64,000 nucleotides of DNA, from assembly GCA_965227295.1 (NCBI GenBank), contig OZ245742.1, forward strand, positions 1,728,001 to 1,792,000, given 5' to 3'. Below the pieces are notes generated by a model. It had not been told where the DNA came from and did no database searches. It saw only the letters and a list, made by a program, of their open reading frames with translations. The position numbers and the translations under genes were made by a program. Of the stretch, positions 61,125 to 64,000 are shown one piece after another. Position 1 is the stretch's first letter; the number at the start of each line of letters is the position of its first letter. Source of the stretch: Leptonemataceae bacterium (GTDB lineage Bacteria; Spirochaetota; Leptospiria; Leptospirales; Leptonemataceae).

Positions 61125-62881
61125 CAACTACGTCTGTAAAAGATACCGAAGTTTCGTCGTTTGCGCGAGGAATTTTCGTCGACAACATTCACGAGGCCGC
61201 CGTGTTCCCGTTCCCCACGCCGGGTAGCGAGGAGCGCGGCCGCATTGAACGTTCGGTCGCGGACCTGCGTGATCTCGCTGAACAGAGTTACGATCCGAAG
61301 CAAGTCGAAGAGGAACGCTGGATCGGAGACGACTTCGTCGCCGATCTCGGTGAGCGCGGCCTGCTGGGCCTCTATGTTCCGGAGAAGTACGGCGGCATGG
61401 GATTATCCCAGACCGGCTACTGTCGCGTGTCGGAGGAGTTCGGCCGCATCGATGGTACGCTGGCGGTGGTGATGGGCGTGCACCAGTCCATCGGCATGAA
61501 GGGCATCGTCCTCTTCGGCACCGACGAACAGAAAGAGCGTTTTCTACCGGACCTGGCCGCGGGTCGCAAGCTCGCGGGTTTCGCGCTCACCGAACCCGAG
61601 GCCGGTTCGGACGCGTATCACCTGGACAGCCGCGCGGAAAAAATGAGCGACGGTTCGTACCGACTCAACGGCGAGAAACGTTACATCGGTAACGGTGAGC
61701 GCGGCGATGTGTTCGTTACATTCGCGCGTACGGACAAAGGCCACATCGCGTTGATCGTGGAGAAAGGAATGGACGGCTTCGAAGTCGGCGAACGTTTCGA
61801 TACCCTGGGACTGCGCGGCAACGATCTGCGCAGACTGTACTTTAAGGACGTGCGTGTACCGCCGGAGAATGTACTCGGTGAAGACGGGCGCGGCTTTCAG
61901 ATCGCCGCGAAGATTCTCGACAGCGGTCGCATGTCGTTGGGCACCGGTTCCGCCGGTGCCGTAAAGAAGATGCTGAGCCTCGGCGTGGAACACACCACCG
62001 CACGCGAACAGTTCGATCAACCCCTGGCGGACTTCGAACTCGTGGCGGAGAAACTCGGCTGGATCGCGACGCATCTCTTCGGTCTCGAGTCCATGTCTTA
62101 TCTGACCACCGGCCTCGTGGACCGCGGCATGCCGGACGTCTCGCTGGAGTCGGCCATGGTTAAGGTTACATCCACTGAATTCTTGTGGTACGCGGTGAAC
62201 CGGGTCTTCCAGCTCGGCGGCGGGGAGGCCTACATGCGCACGCATCCGTACGAGAAGATGCTGCGCGACATTCGCATCTTTCCGATCTTTGAAGGATCGA
62301 ACGACGTACTGCGCAGCTACATCGCGCTCTCCGGCGTGATGCCGTTGATCCGCGAGGTCCACGGCCTGGGCGATATCGATCTCAGCGAGCCCGTGAAGGC
62401 GGCCGGTACGTTCGTGGACTACGCCGCGGATCGTCTGGAGCGCACGTTGCGGTCTCGCGAAATGACGCTCGTGCACGCGGAACTCTCGAAGGAGGCGGAG
62501 CGGGTTTCGTCCGGCGTGCGTGATCTGCGTACCGCCGGCGAGGTCCTCCTGCGCCGCCACGGCAAGAAAATTCGCGAGCGGCAGTTGGAACAGAAACGCC
62601 TGGCCCACGCGGCCATGGACATCTACGCGCAGATCGCGGTGCTCTCGCGGATGACGCTGCAACTCGGCAAGACGCCCCCGGCACCGGCGGAGGAGCAGCG
62701 CAAACGCAACGACGCCGAGCTGCGGACCGCGCGCACGTTTCTCAAACGCGCCGCGGATCGTACGGCGAAGAACATCGAACGCATTGACGAACACGACGAC
62801 GCGTCCATACTGGGAATCTCCGAGGATGTTCGCGGCGAGCGCGGATACGCCTTCGATCTATTGGAACGGCTGCCCGCCTGA
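61115..62881 (+). CDS. Acyl-CoA dehydrogenase (VLCAD/ACAD9-like)
   Basis: GGAGG RBS, HQSIG, FALTEP.AGSD, R.QF, GG..YM and IFEGSN.VLR motifs, with a C-terminal extension. Confidence 0.9.
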   Translation: MNSSTTSVKDTEVSSFARGIFVDNIHEAAVFPFPTPGSEERGRIERSVADLRDLAEQSYDPKQVEEERWIGDDFVADLGERGLLGLYVPEKYGGMGLSQTGYCRVSEEFGRIDGTLAVVMGVHQSIGMKGIVLFGTDEQKERFLPDLAAGRKLAGFALTEPEAGSDAYHLDSRAEKMSDGSYRLNGEKRYIGNGERGDVFVTFARTDKGHIALIVEKGMDGFEVGERFDTLGLRGNDLRRLYFKDVRVPPENVLGEDGRGFQIAAKILDSGRMSLGTGSAGAVKKMLSLGVEHTTAREQFDQPLADFELVAEKLGWIATHLFGLESMSYLTTGLVDRGMPDVSLESAMVKVTSTEFLWYAVNRVFQLGGGEAYMRTHPYEKMLRDIRIFPIFEGSNDVLRSYIALSGVMPLIREVHGLGDIDLSEPVKAAGTFVDYAADRLERTLRSREMTLVHAELSKEAERVSSGVRDLRTAGEVLLRRHGKKIRERQLEQKRLAHAAMDIYAQIAVLSRMTLQLGKTPPAPAEEQRKRNDAELRTARTFLKRAADRTAKNIERIDEHDDASILGISEDVRGERGYAFDLLERLPA

Positions 62882-62902
62882 GGATGCCGTGCGTGAGGCC
62901 CT

Positions 62903-64000
62903 ATGAACGACGAAGAACGCGCACTGTTCGTAGATCTGTACGAACTCACGATGTACCAGGCATACGATCGCGCGGGGATGAATTCCCTCGCCGTGTTCGA
63001 GTTGTTCATTCGGGAGATGAATCATCGCAATTTCTTCGTGGTCTGCGGTATTGCCGACGCCCTGGAGCATCTCGAACGCCTGCGTTTCTCCGAGGATTCC
63101 GTGGAGTACCTGCGAGGTCTCCAGCGTTTCGAAGAGCCGTTCCTGAATTCATTGAAAGACTTTCAGTTTACCGGGGACGTCTACGCCGTGCGCGAGGGCG
63201 AGGTGGTGTTTCCCGACGAACCGATCCTCCAGGTCTGCGCCCCGGTCGGCCAGGCCCAAATGGTGGAGACGTATCTTTTGAACCAGGTCCTGCTGCAAAC
63301 GGCGCTGGCGACGAAGGCGGAGCGGGTGGCCCGGTCGGCCCGGGGGCGGCGCGTGGTGGACTTCGGCATGCGCCGCATGCACGGTACCGATGCGGCCCTC
63401 AAAGCGGCCCGGGCCTTTCGCGTGGCCGGCATCGAGGCGACCTCTAATGTTCTCGCAGGTAAACTTTATGGCCTGGACGTGGCCGGTACCATGGCGCACT
63501 CCTTCGTGCAGGCCCACGACACCGAGGCCCGGGCGTTCCGCGATTTTGCAAAAACCTACCCGGGGACGACGCTGCTCGTCGATACCTACGATGCCCTGGA
63601 AGGCGTGCGGCTGTGCGTCGGCCTCGCCCGGGACGAGGGCCTGCAGTTCGGAGCGATTCGTCTGGACACGGGGACGGACGCGGAGTTGATTCGCGAGGCG
63701 CGACGGATTCTCGACGAAGGGGATCTCGGCGAAGTGAAGATCCTGGTGAGCGGCGGGTTGGACGAGTACCGCATTGCGGAGATGCTGCGGGACGAAGCGC
63801 CGGTGGACGGTTTCGGCGTCGGCACGCGCATGGGCGTAAGTGCTGATGAACCATACTTAGACGGCGCCTATAAACTCTGCGAGTACGATCGCCGCGGCCG
63901 CATGAAGGTCTCCGCCGACCAGGAGTTCAAGGCGAACTATCCGGGCCGCAAGCAAATCTATCGTTGTTACGACGGCAACGGTCTCGCGAGCTTTGACGTA
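62903..64000 (+). CDS. pncB: Nicotinate phosphoribosyltransferase, 3'-partial
   Basis: L..DLYELTM, DFG.RR.HG, TSNV.AG, GTMAHS, LLVDTYD, IRLD, SGGLDE and FGVGT motifs. The frame is open to the window end. Confidence 0.92.
   Translation, partial: MNDEERALFVDLYELTMYQAYDRAGMNSLAVFELFIREMNHRNFFVVCGIADALEHLERLRFSEDSVEYLRGLQRFEEPFLNSLKDFQFTGDVYAVREGEVVFPDEPILQVCAPVGQAQMVETYLLNQVLLQTALATKAERVARSARGRRVVDFGMRRMHGTDAALKAARAFRVAGIEATSNVLAGKLYGLDVAGTMAHSFVQAHDTEARAFRDFAKTYPGTTLLVDTYDALEGVRLCVGLARDEGLQFGAIRLDTGTDAELIREARRILDEGDLGEVKILVSGGLDEYRIAEMLRDEAPVDGFGVGTRMGVSADEPYLDGAYKLCEYDRRGRMKVSADQEFKANYPGRKQIYRCYDGNGLASFDV

Overview
GC-rich bacterial chromosomal segment, most likely from an uncultured or free-living Leptospiraceae spirochete. 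This is inferred from a DUF1554/Len-like lipoprotein, a HATPase-HDOD fusion, a stand-alone FliG-C-like protein, TRL-like lipoproteins and a membrane-anchored AraC. About 58 tightly packed CDSs are present. Housekeeping and metabolic genes include leuA, hppA, hpt, tpx, mpl, pncB, a FadD-like ligase, an acyl-CoA dehydrogenase and a DHH/NrnA enzyme. There is a lipid-hydrolase neighbourhood, several two-component modules and an ion-homeostasis cluster (TrkH/TrkA, CPA1 antiporter, MscS). No rRNA, tRNA, CRISPR array or transposase was seen. The most notable observations are: (1) a self-contained LytS/LytTR-controlled operon of four Cys-containing lipoproteins, a TonB-dependent receptor and ExbB-ExbD-ExbD-TonB, with three direct-repeat operator boxes directly upstream of a -35/-10 promoter; (2) two diverged, inverted copies of a ~125 bp multi-hairpin intergenic element with covarying stems and C(GNA)G triloops, a single-stranded-DNA signature, one of them abutting a truncated YHS gene; (3) a secreted M19-type amidohydrolase paired with a putative membrane-anchored chaperone; (4) a CCA-enzyme-like protein with a decayed polymerase site but an intact HD domain; (5) a TerB-AAA+ fusion coupled to a TauE exporter; (6) an extra sigma70-family factor whose promoter is overlapped by a perfect palindrome. 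All family assignments come from motif recognition by eye, not from database searches.
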